A stretch of 64,000 bases of DNA from the human T2T-CHM13v2.0 reference genome, Homo sapiens: the NCBI RefSeq assembly GCF_009914755.1, contig NC_060938.1; one strand, given 5' to 3'. The notes under the pieces were generated by a model, which searched no databases, was not told where the DNA came from, and worked only from the letters and a program-made list of their open reading frames with translations. Positions 28,687 through 45,534 of the stretch are shown one piece after another. Numbering within the stretch: position 1 is the first letter of the stretch; the number at the start of each line of letters is the position of its first letter. A program made the position numbers and the translations under genes.

Positions 28687-30064
28687 CTGAACAGAAAATG
28701 AAAAACAAAAGCAACAAGGAGTAACTGGAAAGTATTCTTTCACTGGTGGTGATAAAGAACACCAAGGCAGAACTTCCCCAGACTCTCCCTGTAATTTAAC
28801 TAGGACTTGCTAACCAACTTAAAAATAAGTTCTTTACCAGACTGGATCATGTGGGTTATGTATGAAAACTGAGGTTTTTAGAATCAGATGTGGGGAAATG
28901 CATGGTCTAGAACACAGTATTAGCCTAGTGTCAAGAGACCTACCTAAGTCCTGTCTCTTGGCCCAGGGTAATCACATACTTTCTCCACCAGAATCTTCCT
29001 CCCTTTTAGTTTCATCTATTAGTAGTTGGACATTATAATAATAATCCTGGAGAATAGAGGATGACTTGAAGATTTCCCAAGGTGTTAAAGACTTTCAGAA
29101 GACTGAAGCTGTGCACAGAGAGGTACCACTTTTCCCAAATGAAAACAGACCCAGCACTCAGCCCTCCATGGTAGTTAATATCTGAGCCTATAGCTCCACT
29201 TCTGCCCAACTGCAACATTCCTATTTTTAACTAATGGGAATTGCTCACTGGAGCTTGATAAGAATAGCCAACTGCCTACACTGCAGTTCCCTCTTGGACA
29301 TACAGGCACTAGTTACCCAGGAAACTGGGTTCTCTTAACCAGGGAGCTGCTGGCTTAATCCCCAACAAGTCTGTTAGCTATAGGAGTAGGTAGGACACAT
29401 GCCCCAAGGACAGGTAACTGCAGCCCCACTCATAATACCCCTCCACTCCATGGTCAGGGACATGGACTCATAGCTAAAAGGCAGCAGAGCTAGGATTCAA
29501 ACTCAGGTCTGCCTGACTTAAAGGCTTAACTTTACTGTTATGCAAAATCAAGTGCAAGGTAATTAAGCTGTCACTGCAAACGAGAACGATTAGCTCCACC
29601 TGACTGCCAGACTGGTTCACAGCAGCACAGAGCAGCCCAGTTACATCAGCCTGTAGTCATGGCAACTCAGATGAAATCCCAGGCAATCTTCTTGCCTGAC
29701 AGGCTGGTGTCTATCTTTAGATGGCATCCAACCCAGAAAACAGTGGCCCCTCAATTCCCCATCCTTCATCTAGACCAAGACTTCGTTTCCCCAAAGCTAT
29801 CTAAGGACAAATGCACCTCCCTGTGGGAATTCTCCTGAGTCCCATTCCTGCCATGCTTTACTTGGCAATTCCTGAGAGGTGGTATCTCTGCAGAGGACCC
29901 CCCATTTCCAAAGAGGCTGAAGAAACCTTCTAGATTAGCATCTCTCCACCAGTTTCCAACTCAGATTCATTCCTCCTTCAACTTTGTTCCCTACCCATAA
30001 CTCTAGATGTGGCTCAGATGTTCTCTCCTCTCCAGCTTCATAATCTTACCCTAGAGAGTTTCAA

Positions 30065-30245
30065 GGGATTGGTTTTCACTTTGGAGTGCACAAGAATCAC
30101 CAGAAGAGCAATTATAATGTTGATTCCTCAGTCCCACTCTTAGAGGTTCTGATTCAGTAAGTCATGAACAGGTATCAGGACCATGCATTTTTAACCACTC
30201 AAGGGATGAGTAAGTAGGGAGATCAACTTTTGAGAAACACTAGAC
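30065..30245. mobile_element. MER5-like hAT element
   Basis: agaatcacc...ttctgattcagtaagtc...tgcatttttaac...cttttgagaaacact. Confidence 0.65.
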
Positions 30246-31275
30246 TACAGTTACCATAAAATAAGCAGAATAAAATAAAGGGTTTATCTGAAGGTTTACA
30301 CATGGTCTCCAGCATGTGGCTTAAGCTATAATTACTATCTCTGCAAAGAGATGTCTAAGGGAATAAAAGAGCTTGGTGGCTTAGAAAGGAAGCTGAGGGG
30401 TCCAAAAGGGAAAGCCCTTAGGATTTTTTTTTTTTTGCATCTTATTTGTAATTCTGAGCCAAATCTCTCACCTCTCCAGTTTAAAAGTGGTAAAATGTCA
30501 TTAACCATGTTCTCTAATATGAAGATAAATCTATTTGTACCTCACAGAAACTCACAACTAGTTAACTAAAGTACAAAATAACAACAGTGAGATGCTGGCT
30601 TAACTCCTTACTAAGCCCATTTTTAAGTTCCAGTGTATTACTACCCAGCTCCTACATTTTCCCTTCAGGAATGAAAGTCATAACACTGAAAGTTAGTTTG
30701 CATTTGAGCTCTGGAATGTATTAAGCTGAGGTAGACTGTTCATTCCTGAAGCCTGGAGTAATGGAGTGAAACACAGGATTAAGAGGCAGGAGTCTTGAGT
30801 AGGGGTTCCCACTGACTCCTAGTTAGTGGGTGATGCGCAGCTCCTTCCTCTAAACAGTAAATTAGATGGGTCTCATCCAATCCTAAGATTCAGAGCAAAA
30901 CAAAACCTTCACTCCAGACACACAGTACAGCACTTCAGCAGTAAGGGGAGCAGGTAGGAACCCCAGACCTGTCATTTCCTGTGGCCCTGAGCAAATGACC
31001 TCACACTTGAAAGCCTGTTTCTCATATGTGTAAATGAGAATGATACCAAAGCCCATACCCAACACCAATAAATGTGATGTTTTCTCTTTCATTTGGCAAT
31101 TGAATGCCTCAACCAGAATGTTAAAACCCACCCTCAGAGAAACTTCTGAACATTATAAGTACTGACCATTCCTATTATCTTGGTCCTAATCCTTAGTATT
31201 AATATATAAATTCCAACCATTTGTGAAATTGGTAATCTCTTCACACTGGAAAGTTAACAACTCAGAAGTGAATCA

Positions 31276-31990
<715 letters not shown>

Positions 31991-32172
31991 AAAGGAAGAA
32001 GTGAAGAGACAAGACGAGAGATGAGACAAATATTTTCCTCTCCATGCACAGTGAAGTTTAGCTTAAGGGGCTGCTGAGAAAAAGGATGCAGTTCAATTCT
32101 TATTCAAACATCATAAAAATGGAAAGCAATTAAGTGACAAGTGTTTGGGTTACACAAGTGATCATGATACGC

Positions 32173-32371
32173 TTTTATTTTTGGGAAAGGGTCTCACTCT
32201 GTCACCCATGCTGGAGTGCAGTGGCATGAACATGGCCCACTGCAGCTTCAATCCTGGGCCCAAGTGATCGTCCCACCTCAGCCTCCCGAGTAACTGGGAG
32301 CACAGGCAGGCACCACCATGCCTGGCTAATTTTTAAATTTTTCATAGAGATGGGGTTTCCCTGTGTTGTCC
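32173..32371 (-). mobile_element. 5'-truncated AluJ-like
   Basis: Right arm plus linker only. Confidence 0.8.
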
Positions 32372-33174
32372 CTGACAATAGGGACTCTTCTCCTAGCCAG
32401 GAAGGTGGCAGTAAAGGACAAGGACAGAAAGAAGGGGGAGTAGAGAGAGAAAAGCAGGTCTCAGGCTGGACCAGAATGTGGTGGCTAACGCTCTTTGAGC
32501 CACTGATCCTCTCAGAAATAGCAGGCAGGAAAGTGACATTTATTAAAATAGGAGTTAGGCACAGGTAATTCACAAGGCACTCCTGGGTGGTAAGTCACTG
32601 TCAGCACCCTCACTTTCCAGATGGGAGACAGAACCAAGGGTCGAGACTCAGCGGCCTTTCAGGATAATGTAAGTGCAGGGTGAGGCAGTAATTCCAATTG
32701 AGATGAGGCCAGCATGGCCATTGGTCTCATCCTTCTCCTTACCACCTGCCTTCCTGCAATGCTTAGTGCCATGCCATTCCCAGCCAGACTGTGAATGGGG
32801 ATGACACCTGTGAGACAGCAAAGCTGAGGACTCCAGAGCTTTTTGCTTTCCTTCTCACTATGATCATCTGTACATACTTAATGTTTCAAAGGGCTAAATG
32901 TGCCTCCTGGTGGAAGAGGGTTCAGATCCCATGCAAACTAGGGAGCAGTGAGCTCCATAGTTCAGTCTGGATAACCTCACAGATAAAACACTTTTTTCTC
33001 TTTTTCCTCTGAGAACTTGGCTAGTTTGCAACATATGACATTTAGGGCAAGGACTTCAGTTGACTAAACAATAAATAGGGAGATTTATCACAGAAGCATC
33101 CCAGAGTGCACACTCAAGCAGGAATTCCTCTTGTAAAGGAGATACCCAAGCAGAAAGCTCTCTGAGAAACAGAA

Positions 33175-33182
33175 TGACGTCA
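33175..33182. promoter_or_regulatory. Full CRE TGACGTCA in DCAF5 last intron
   Basis: Motif only; AP-1-like TTAGTCA about 40 nt downstream. Confidence 0.25.
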
Positions 33183-33611
33183 ACAGGCCCGGAGAGGACA
33201 CGTTACAGAGTCAACCCATTAGTCATCAGCCAAAGGAGAAGGGAAAGCAATGCAAGGGACTGGGCCATTTCAATGACTGCCCTACTGAAAGGATAGAATC
33301 CAGCAGCAGAATCAGGATGCTTGCTGCCTTCCCACCAGCATGGCAAATGTGGTGGTGACTGGGAAGAACAAAGGGCAGGGCTCTATCCTAGCTTTGCCAC
33401 CAATTAGCTGTGTGACCTTGGACAGTTAATTTATAATTTAAATCTCATCATCTGTAAAACGAAAAAGTAAAAATGATTTCCTCATTCTAGCCCCACGGGG
33501 AAATGTGTGCTGCAATGAAAGTCAGCTCTGATCCACAAGACCAGCAAAGCCTAAATCAAGGAAGTTGGACTAAGGGCAAATAAAAATACTGACCTACATG
33601 CCAATATTATA

Positions 33612-34453
<842 letters not shown>

Positions 34454-34954
34454 TAATCATTTACCGTGAATTCTCATTTTCTCAGATGTGGAAAAAATGG
34501 TACTAGCAACTGGAATACAAGTGATGGGCAGTGGGTCATCCTTCTGTGGACACAGGCCAGGCTAGGACCCACTTTTGCAGTTATAAAAACATTTCCTGGT
34601 AGAGGTGAGTTCATTCAGCCAATGTGCAAATGATCCAAGTATTTAGTATTCATACCCAAGTAGCCTCAATTACAACCACATGCAGTAGTTTTTGTGATAT
34701 ATCCTGAGACAATTTAACTATGATTCTGGCAATCAGTAGTTTTATCCATGCCATATTAGGATGGCAATTAATGCAAAGTACATACAAAGTAACTGAGGGC
34801 ATAGTGGCTCTCCTAACCTCCAGATGAGGTTTGGAAAACAGAATACATTATACTCAAGGCCAAAGGCTTTTGAAAATGTTGCAGCATACAAGGTAGTGTC
34901 TAGAAGACAACCTCTGTTTCAAAGCCTAGTGATTAGTTTAAAAAAATGGTTCCA

Positions 34955-35297
34955 AGCCAGGTACAGTGGTGCATGCCTGTAGTTCCAGCTACTTTGGGGG
35001 GCTCAGGCAGAAGGATCGCTTGAGCCCAGAAGTTTGAATCCAGCTTGGGCAACACAGCAACACCCTGTCTCTAAAAAAATTTTTTTAATGAAAAACTAAA
35101 TGGTTCTGAAAAGAGCATTTTAAATCACCTTTCTTTCTTCTTTTTTTAAAATTTATTTATTTTTATTTTTTATTTTATTTTTTAAGATGATGTCTTGCTA
35201 TGTTCTCCAGGCTGGCCTCAAACTCTTAGGCTGAAGTGATCCTCCTGCCTCAGCCTCCCAAGTAGCTGGGACTACAGGTACTGTCACTATGCCTGGC
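34955..35297. mobile_element. Tail-to-tail pair of Alu monomers (34955-35080 +, 35148-35297 -)
   Basis: Two FLAM-like monomers in opposite orientation. Confidence 0.8.
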
Positions 35298-35466
35298 ATC
35301 ACTTTTTAATATCAGCTTTCTAATATTTTGTAATATGTTAAAATCTGAGAATTCTGATAGACCTTTAGTATGTTTAAATATGAGGTCCTACATAAATTGT
35401 TCTAGTTTCTTCTAATTATAAATTGTGAGAATTTCTCTAAAAGGACAGAAGGGGAAGGTGCCTCAC

Positions 35467-35594
35467 CTTGATAATCTTTTCTACACCAGAAGAGCAGATC
35501 ATGTAGGTGTGGGGATTAAATCGGACTTGGTTAACAATAGATCGATGCCCTTTCAGCACCATGAAGGCTCCGTTGACCACCCTACCAATGCCAC
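35467..35594 (-). CDS. DCAF5: DCAF5 penultimate exon (128 nt): (G)GIGRVVNGAFMVLKGHRSIVNQVRFNPHTYMICSSGVEKIIK, WD40 repeat
   Basis: Acceptor ctgttttcccag|GT and donor AAG|gtgagg. LKGH...SSG.EK.IK(IW) WD40 signature. Joins the terminal exon in phase 0. Confidence 0.96.
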
Positions 35595-38178
35595 CTGGGA
35601 AAACAGAAGGAAACAAAAATCAGATGATGAAATGAATGAAAGTAAATAGGTTCCAGTAATGGCAGATAAACAGCTCTGAATGGGAGCAAAGATTTTTGGA
35701 TTATACCACCAGCAGAATGCTTAATCTTACAGATAAGTTGCTATGGAAAGAGAGAAGATGAAACAGCTCTCAGCATATGTGCTCTTATGAAGAGCCTTTA
35801 TTTAGCCTTTAAGCATTGCCCACACTCACCCACTGCAATTCCATTGTCAATGAAACCAAAGCCACTTAAAACATTTCTCAAATTTTTGATCCCCAAGATA
35901 GAATCCAAGTGTTACCTTAGAAAAGGCCAACCATGAGCAAAATGAGACTGAACTGCTTGGGAATAGTTAGGCAGCTGGACCAAGGACACGCAGAACCAGA
36001 AGCATATAATGACTTAAATGTACAAAAAACATCTCTAATCCATTTGCCCTCAGTTTCTATGATGAAGACAGCAAACAAAACAAAACAAAAAACCCCATAA
36101 AAACCAAAACCACTGGGGGAAATAATAGAGAGAATACTTTTCCCCCCGATAGCAGGGAGAACTAAGGATATAGAAAGAAAGAAAAATTTGGATCACTTTC
36201 ATAATAAGCAGGGTCCAAGTATTGAAAATCAGAATTAGAGAGTGGGCCTTAAAGATACCATGTATAGATTAAAGTCAAGAGGACATCGATAGAAAGCTGT
36301 ATTTTAAGGATCATCCTATAGGCTTCCTTCTTCAGTGAATGAGAAAAGTGCCAGAGGCCTGGAACTTGTAACATAGATAAACATGTTATCATTTATGAAC
36401 TTGGGATAAATTCAAAGTTTCCACTGCACTGGTAATGGTATCACATCCATCCAGAACACATGCACATAAATTCTGATCAAGTTCCTTCTGAGCAATCAGA
36501 CAACTCAGGACACACAGAGAAACATGTGCATTTGGCTAACTGGCAAAATGTGTTGCATCCAGACACAAACAAATGAGTGTTCATTTATCTACTCAAGGGA
36601 TCCCCTCTTAGTCCCTACCAGGAGCATGGCGCCACTAGGCCACAAAGTATCATTAGACAGTCTCTGCTCCAAGTGCCTCCTTCCACTCCCAACTCCACCT
36701 TGTTCAAACACTCATTCCAAATATTTCTCAATGTCTGTGTTTGGAGGGAAAATGACTACAACAATGTCCCTTCCCCAGAAATAATATGGCTCTAGGGGTA
36801 TCTTCTGCTTTTGGCCCCCTAACACAACTCTTCTTTTGTCTCATGGAAGAGATACCTCCTTATTGCCACGTACATATCTTTTTTATGACAGCAAAAGGTT
36901 CCAGACTGCACCCATCTACTCACTCAGCCAGCTTTAGGTGCTCAATCTATTTGATGGGTGACAAAATTTTTCTCCATATTTGACAATAATATTTGAATTG
37001 TCCAGAATGGAAAATATATTTATCGTATTCATATCTCAGCCCAACATCAAGTTTGCTAATAAACCATAAAAAAAGAGAGGGACTAGGACACAGGATTAGT
37101 GGATTTTTCATGGAGAAAGAGGACAAGGAAAAGTTAGGCACTGATGTAGACTGCCATGGTGGGAACCCCTAGCACTGGCTTCCTAAGGTGGTATGAAAGG
37201 GAAGCTGGGCCAGTCAAAATGAAAATAAACTAGAGAGAATTAGGGAAGAGGGATAAATAGGAATCTAAAGAACCCAAAAATAGTTGTCTTGACAGAGAGA
37301 TCCTACCATCCCCAAAAAGTTCCTTTGGGTCTATTTCTTCTAGATAAGGTTCATTATGACAAGTAGCATTTCTGCTCATGGGTGTCCTCTGAATTTTACT
37401 TTTTTAACATCCTACTTCTACCTCTACTCCCACTGGGGTGGTTAAGCAAAGAAACTTTGATTTAAATCTAGTAACAGTCTCTTGTTTAATCCTACTGCCT
37501 CAAAAAGAGGGGGGATGTGGGGGGATTTAAGTGACTTATCCCAAGTCATAAAGCTAGAAAATGGCAGAGCCAAGATTTGAACCAGAGTCTGGCTACAATG
37601 CCTAATATGCTTTCCACCATATCAGCTGCCTTTGGAAGATGGAAGAGTTTGAATAGGAATGGAGTTAGAAGCTTACATTCAAAAGATTTAGATTTCTAAA
37701 TCTTTCAGGCAGTTATTAGATAGGTGGTTTTCTTCTGAAGTTCTAAATTAAAAGGAGGGGCACTGTATTCAATGGTATCCTGAGCACAAGCTCTACAGCA
37801 TTACCATAAGCCATTTCATCACACCACTGACACTGAGTACATGATGAGAATAGAACTGGATCTGTCTTACCTACTCTTGCATACCTAGAACCTGGGGTGC
37901 AATGTCCAAAGTCCACCAGGTGCATAAATACTTGCTGAATGCATAGTGTTTGAAAAGAAAGCAATTTTAGAATAAGTATGTCAAAAGAAGACAGCTGGAA
38001 GGTCTCATATAAAGAATCAGCTATCATAGAACTAAAGTGCATCAACCAAACCAATCTTTCTGACTTGGAACACAATTAAAGTAACTATCAGATCTAAAGA
38101 CTAATTGAAGGCTATCAATGCCTGAAAATTCAGACCATGGAAAAACTGTTTCTCTTGCACTTTCATGCAATATGACCT

Positions 38179-38478
38179 CTTTTTTTTTTTTTTTTTTTTG
38201 AGACGGAGTCTTGCTCTGTTGCCCAGGCTGGAGTGCAGTGGCTCGATCTCGGCTCACTGCAACCTCCACCTCCCAGGTTCAAGCAATTCTCTGCCTCAGC
38301 CTCCTGAGTAGCTGGGATTACAGGCATCCACCACCATGCCCAGCTAATTTTTGTATTTTCAGTAGAGACGGGGTTTCACCATCTTAGCCAGGCTGGCCTT
38401 GAACTCCTGACCTCATGATCCACCCGCCTCGGCCTCCCAAAGTGCTGGGATTACAGGCGTGAGCCACCACACCCAGCC
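38179..38478 (-). mobile_element. AluS
   Basis: Reverse Alu with T20 tail. Confidence 0.9.
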
Positions 38479-39216
38479 CTGATTTTTCTTCTTGGTAGCA
38501 ATTTTAACACAAGGTCTTTTTTGCCCTTCTTTCCACCCATGCTGGTACCTAGGAAATCTGAAAAAGAAGAGGGAATCAATAAACCCAGAGACTGATGGTG
38601 AAAATAGGTACAGGCAGAATTATAGTGGCCATTTGTTTAAGGTAACCAAGACTGTGTACAATCATAGCAATAAATGGCTTCAGAGAGGTTTTTCATAGTT
38701 TCTTTCCTGGTTCCCAGGTTTGATATTATTGAATATAGCTGCTACTGAACAGTTTACATACAATCATTTTTTGAGATTAGTCCTAGAAATTTGTATAAGC
38801 CAGATAGCTTCTCCTTTAATTTGAAATAGCTAAAGTCAAAATGCCAATATCAGAAAGAATCTAGGGTCTCCTTTCCTCTGTCATCTAATCAGACCATGCT
38901 GGTCAATAGTAGTATCAAATTGGAAGGAGACAGGAAGGGCATATTTTTATCCAAGAACTATATAACCCACATAATCTCCCTTCAGGGTCATCTCTTAAGA
39001 CTGTGGGTAAGGGCCCAGGTAAGGATCAACTTCACCCCCTGGTTGCTGAACTAAGTCCTGACTGAATCGCTAATAATGGGTACCCATAAATAAAATACCA
39101 CATACCCAGGAAAAAGGATCTCATTCCTGAGCTGCCATTTGTTTATAAAATTCTGTATAAACCAACAGTCATTTCTCTGGGCCATCTGCTTTGGTTGGCT
39201 TAGCCAAATGTGCTGA

Positions 39217-39518
<302 letters not shown>

Positions 39519-40059
39519 AGCTGACACTCCTTTTTAAGTTTAGTTCCTAAGTTGAGGCCAAAGTCCCCATATATTAATCTTTCTTTGATTTAGAAGAGAT
39601 GGTAGGGGGGTAGGGAAGACTATAACCATATCTATTGCAAGATCTCAGAAAAGAAAATGAGAACAAGGTATCTCACAGAATTTCAGTATCAGTAATCCAC
39701 TTACTACCGTAGGGGACCCCAGGATCCCAGGGGAAAACACCTTGCTCAAAATTCAGATAAAGATCTTTCTAAATGCCAAGGTCAAATGTCTCCCTAGAGA
39801 AGACTAAGGGAAATGTGTATGTCCTAATTTCCCTCCCTTCTCTACTTATGGCCCACTTTCATAACATTCAGCCAGGGGTTTATTGCCTCAGGCCTTTGAA
39901 GAGCCAGAATACTATTCCCATTTCTAGCCAATTTCAGTTGCTTTTGTTTAGTGTCAAGTTCATTTGCTTCATGAAGTCCTCCAAGAATGAGTACGTTTTT
40001 GACTCAAAAGCTGAAAGCAATGTGGTCAAGATTTCTTGATGTCTTGGTCTAATAGCAAT

Positions 40060-40300
40060 TTATCAATCATGCTGGGACACTGTCCTCAATACCACTTCCC
40101 GTCTTCCTCTGTTCTACTTTTTCTATAGCACTTCTAACCTTTTAAACATACTACATAATTTACTATGTTTATTGTTCATTGTTTCCCCTGCTAGAACATA
40201 AGCCCCATGACAGCAGGGCTTCTGTCTCCACTGTATCCCAAGTCTCTAGAACTGTGCCTAGCACATAGTAAGGTTTTTAATAAATATATGATGAAATGAA
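40060..40300 (+). mobile_element. L2 3' fragment
   Basis: ctagaacataagccccatgacagcaggg...tgcctagcacatagtaagg...aataaatat. Confidence 0.75.
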
Positions 40301-40421
40301 AAGATGTGAGTGTATTAGATGGTGGAACACAAGCATGCAGGAAAAAAAAATCTTCACATATGGGCTCCATCACCCAATAAATGTTTCTTTTTTTCCATCT
40401 TCCTGCAGCCGATTTCGTATC

Positions 40422-41008
<587 letters not shown>

Positions 41009-41490
41009 CAGATATTCTTTTACAGCATTTTTACTATAATGTAGTTAAGCAGGAGCAGAGAAATAAAGGGGCTGAAATCCTATCTATCCTTCAGGGTCCT
41101 TTGAAATGCTAACTGCAGGAAAACTTTACCAATCTTCCCAAATCTCTTCAAGACCTCCTTCATTATCTTTTTTATGGGCCTCAGAAGCCACTTTTACATC
41201 GAGTGCATATGTCTGTGTGTGTGCCCATGCACATCCTTTTTTCATCTCTGTTATATTGGAAGCTCTCTGAAGGCAAAAAATGTTCATTTTTCAGTGGCCC
41301 ATAGAGCTTTACATGATGTCTTATCTAAGGATACTCAAAAAGTGAACAAATTGAAGTTAAAGCCCTCATCATCCTCTCTGGAATAAAGCTTGAAGTTAAA
41401 GTTATCTGCTAAAATGAGGTTTGGTAAGTAGATTTAAGACAATCTATTTCATTCTTGACCCCACTGGTAGAATTAAGAGTTTACTGCAAG

Positions 41491-41791
41491 GGCCAGATGT
41501 GGTGGCTCATGCCTGTAATCCCAGCACTTTGGGAGGCCGAGGCAGGAGGATCACCTGAGGTCGGGAGTTCGAGACCAGCCTGACCAACATGGAGAAACCC
41601 TGTCTCTACTAAAAATACAAAATTAGCTGGGCATGCTGGCACATGCCCGTAATCCCAGCTACTCAGGAGGCTGAGGCAGGAAAATAGCTTGAACCTAGGA
41701 GACAGAAGTTGCGGTGAGCCGAGATCATGCCATTGCACTCCAGCCTGGACAATAAGAATGAAACTCCATCTCAAAAAAAAAAAAAAAAAAA
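41491..41791 (+). mobile_element. AluSp-like
   Basis: catggagaaaccc and gcggtgagccgag; TSD agtttactgcaag. Confidence 0.9.
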
Positions 41792-42540
41792 GTTTACTGC
41801 AAGGCATAGACTATTTCTTTTCCTGGTACATCTAAAAAAGGTATCCAAGCCTCTTAGCATTTCAAAAAGGCCCAAGTGAACAGTTGCAGGGTCTTCCAGT
41901 GTCAAACCATAAAGAGGACCATCAAGGATACTGACAATACGGACAGAGCAGTGACTGCCTCCTGGAGACCACATAACTACTTAAGAAATGAGAAAAGCCA
42001 GATGGGGACAGCCAATGCTGTCAGTACAGCTCAAAGAGCTCCACAGGCATCAATGCTTAGTTGCACAAAAAAGTCAGTTATGCTGAGTTCTTCTTTCATC
42101 ATATGTGCCTCACATGTGTTTATAACCAACTACTTGCAACCAATTAAAAACAGCTGTTTTTTCCAGTTACATGGGAGGAAAAAGCAGATACCTAGGCCTA
42201 AGTCACTGAGAGTGAATACATGTCTAGAAAAAGAAGACAGAGCACACAAACATATGCAGGCCCAAAAAAATGCATTTACAGCTGTTTCCAGCCTACTTCA
42301 TCAGCCTACTGCCAGTGGGGGTGGTTACAGTGACTCGGCAGTAAAAATACATGTTTTTCCCTTCCATTCAGGGAAAAATTTGTCACATAAGAGAACCCTC
42401 CTGAACTACTGATGAGTCAAGGGCAGCCTTCATGCAAGAACAACTCAATCAGCCATTCCAGGTGGGTAGCAAGGAAGGACAATGTCTTGATCTCTAAGGA
42501 GTTATTAAAAGGTGAGTTTAAAAAGGGAGAAGGCCTTCTT

Positions 42541-42994
42541 TTTCTTCTTTTGTAGACACGGAGTCTCATTCTGTTGCTGAAGTGTGCAGCCTCAAATTCC
42601 TGGGCTCAAGCAATAGTCCTGCTCAGCCTCCTGAGCAACTGGGACTACAGGCATATGCCACCATGCCCAGTTTTCTTTCTGTTCTCTTTCTTTCTTTCGT
42701 TCTTTTCTTCTTTCTTTTTATTATTATTATTAGAGACACAGTCTTGCTGTGTTGCTCAGGCTGGTCTCAAACTCATGGGTTCAACTGATCTTCCCGCCTC
42801 AGCCTCCCAAAGTGCCAGGATTACAGGTACGAGCCATTGTGCCTAGCAGCAGTTAGTTTTAAAAAAAAAGTTTGTGAAGACAGGTTCCCACTATGTTGCT
42901 CAGGATGGTCTCAAACTCCTGAGGCATCAAGCGATCCTCCCACCTCAGCCTCCCAAAGTGCTGGGATTACAGGCATGTGCCACTGTGCCCAGCC
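42541..42994 (-). mobile_element. AluJ-like with an extra left monomer in its linker
   Basis: Outer TSD GAGAAGGC(C/T)TTCTT at 42527-42540 and 42995-43008 encloses three arms. Confidence 0.8.
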
Positions 42995-43707
42995 GAGAAG
43001 GCTTTCTTAGTGAGGAATAACAGTCGTTGAGTAGCTACTAAGTACTCTCACAATAATCCTAAGAAAGTATTATTGTTGTTGGTGGTGGTATTATCCTTAT
43101 TTCACAGGAGTTTGGTAAGATTAGGAAATTTTTCCAAAGCCCCCAGTTGGAAGATAAATGGATCAGGAATTTAAAGCCATTCCTAACAACTCTATCACAT
43201 TATGCTTCTTTCCATAAATAAGAAGGTCTTAGAGTAAGAGGTAGCTCTGGAAAAGCAACTCAACCTGTGAAAACCCTAAAGCCCTTTCTAACAAGAATTC
43301 AGGGAAAGAGAAGGGAAAGGCAATATAAATATTTTCAAGAGACACCTACCAACCTTTCCCACACATTGCCAAATCCATTACTTTCATACCTAACTTACTA
43401 GGGAAAAAATGCTTTGGAAATGATGGATCTACATCGATCTTACTATACATAGCAATAACAATGTCTTGTATTTGAATACACATTGTTTTCAGAAAGCTTC
43501 CAAGATTATTAAATCAACACACAATATAAGGCAGAGGTAGGAGACATTTTATGTAAGAAACTGACACTCAGACAAATACTATTATGTAACTTGCTAAGAA
43601 TCAGACATGTAGTTAGTGGTAGTTAAGTTCAAGTTAGAGGACTTGAATCCAGGTATGATTTTAAGTCTAATGCTCCTTTCAATATGTAACACTGGCTCTA
43701 TATGTAA

Positions 43708-44235
<528 letters not shown>

Positions 44236-44656
44236 TGATCTTCCCTGGTAGCAAGTTTTATAGTGGATATAGGTCTTACATCTTGAAATGATCTCCTCAG
44301 CCCACTAGGAAGTCCTATTGGAAAGACTTATATAGTATTGTTTATACAGTAAATAAATTTCATCTCTTTGGAGTTTGTATAGCAAAAAAAACAAAGACTG
44401 ATTAACAGTCTTCCTGAGCAGGAGTGTGCAGAAGAAAAAGAAGGCCTTGACTTTGGCTCACACTCAGGACCACTCTCCATCTCGTTCTCTCAGCACTCGG
44501 CACGCACATGAAACACACAGCAGGCATCAAATAAATGCTGACTGCTTGTCATCTAGAGTCTAGTTCTGATCATGCCATTAGGTATACAATGGCAAGCCAG
44601 CTTTCCCTTACTAGCCTGCCTTAGAATCATATATCCAAAAGGTACACAGAGAATAT

Positions 44657-44722
44657 GAGAGAGAAAGAGGGAGGGAGGGAGGGGGAAGAGGGAGAGAGAG
44701 AGAATGAATGAATGAATGAATG
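44657..44722. repeat. Polypurine GA-rich tract plus (GAAT)5
   Basis: Visible simple repeat. Confidence 0.85.
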
Positions 44723-45534
44723 TGTACGCACTTATCTTTGGCCCATGATTATTTAAGTCAAAAAGACATTAGGTTGGATTAAGAGTTTCCTGACAAAATT
44801 TTCCTCATCTAAGCATTCAAAGTTAGAACTCAAGGGATGCATCCAGCCCACAGATATCTTGTTAGGCTTGCTGAACCTTGCTAAATATTTTTTATAGCTA
44901 TGCATTAATTGCCAACATTTAAAAATTGAGGTATTACATATAAAAATGAGAGGTACCAAATAGTCCTGAAGCCATGTTGAAGAGTAGGGCTGAAAACAGG
45001 AGGAGTTAAAACCATGCACATGGCCAGGAAACCATCCTTTCCCCATATAAGCAGAAGTCTGGGGGTTGCCAATTGACATTGACCCAAAGAGGTTTTAGAT
45101 TGGCAATACAAGGCACAGCTGGGGGTGTCATTAAACAAAAGTCTTCATATAGATCTGTAAGACCCACAGCCCCATTTCCCTATTTGGCTTTTAAGAGCCA
45201 TAGTTTAATTACCAGGCAAATACTCTCTAGGTAGGAGAATGAAGATTCCTCTTTTGGGAAACTGACTGATTTCAATAGTAGAAAGTCAACAGAGAATGTC
45301 TAATATTGAAAATCCAAAAATATTATGAGCATGTTATAGGCAAAGGTAGAGAAAGGGACTATTGTGCTTTTAAAAAATAAGCTTTATAATATTATTTGAT
45401 TTAAAAATTATATAGCTGTATTACTTTGATAAAAAGAAGTACTTAATTACAAAAATAGTGGAGGTAATAAAAAAGAACAAGAAGGAAGAACAGAAAGAAA
45501 AAGAGAAGATTCATGAATAAGAAAAAATAAAAGA

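Noticed and set aside
28687-28743. N-terminal 19 aa of the 603-aa track ORF as a stand-alone gene start
   Set aside because: Starts at a non-ATG codon and runs through the polypyrimidine tract; the real exon begins at the AG acceptor at 28686.
34751-34760. Exact c-fos-type CArG box CCATATTAGG (other CArG boxes at 46186 and 52828)
   Set aside because: Several CC(A/T)6GG matches are expected by chance in 64 kb; no supporting context.
41876-42412. 178-aa + strand ORF in the DCAF5 intron
   Set aside because: Non-ATG start, no recognisable domain and no splice context; consistent with chance.
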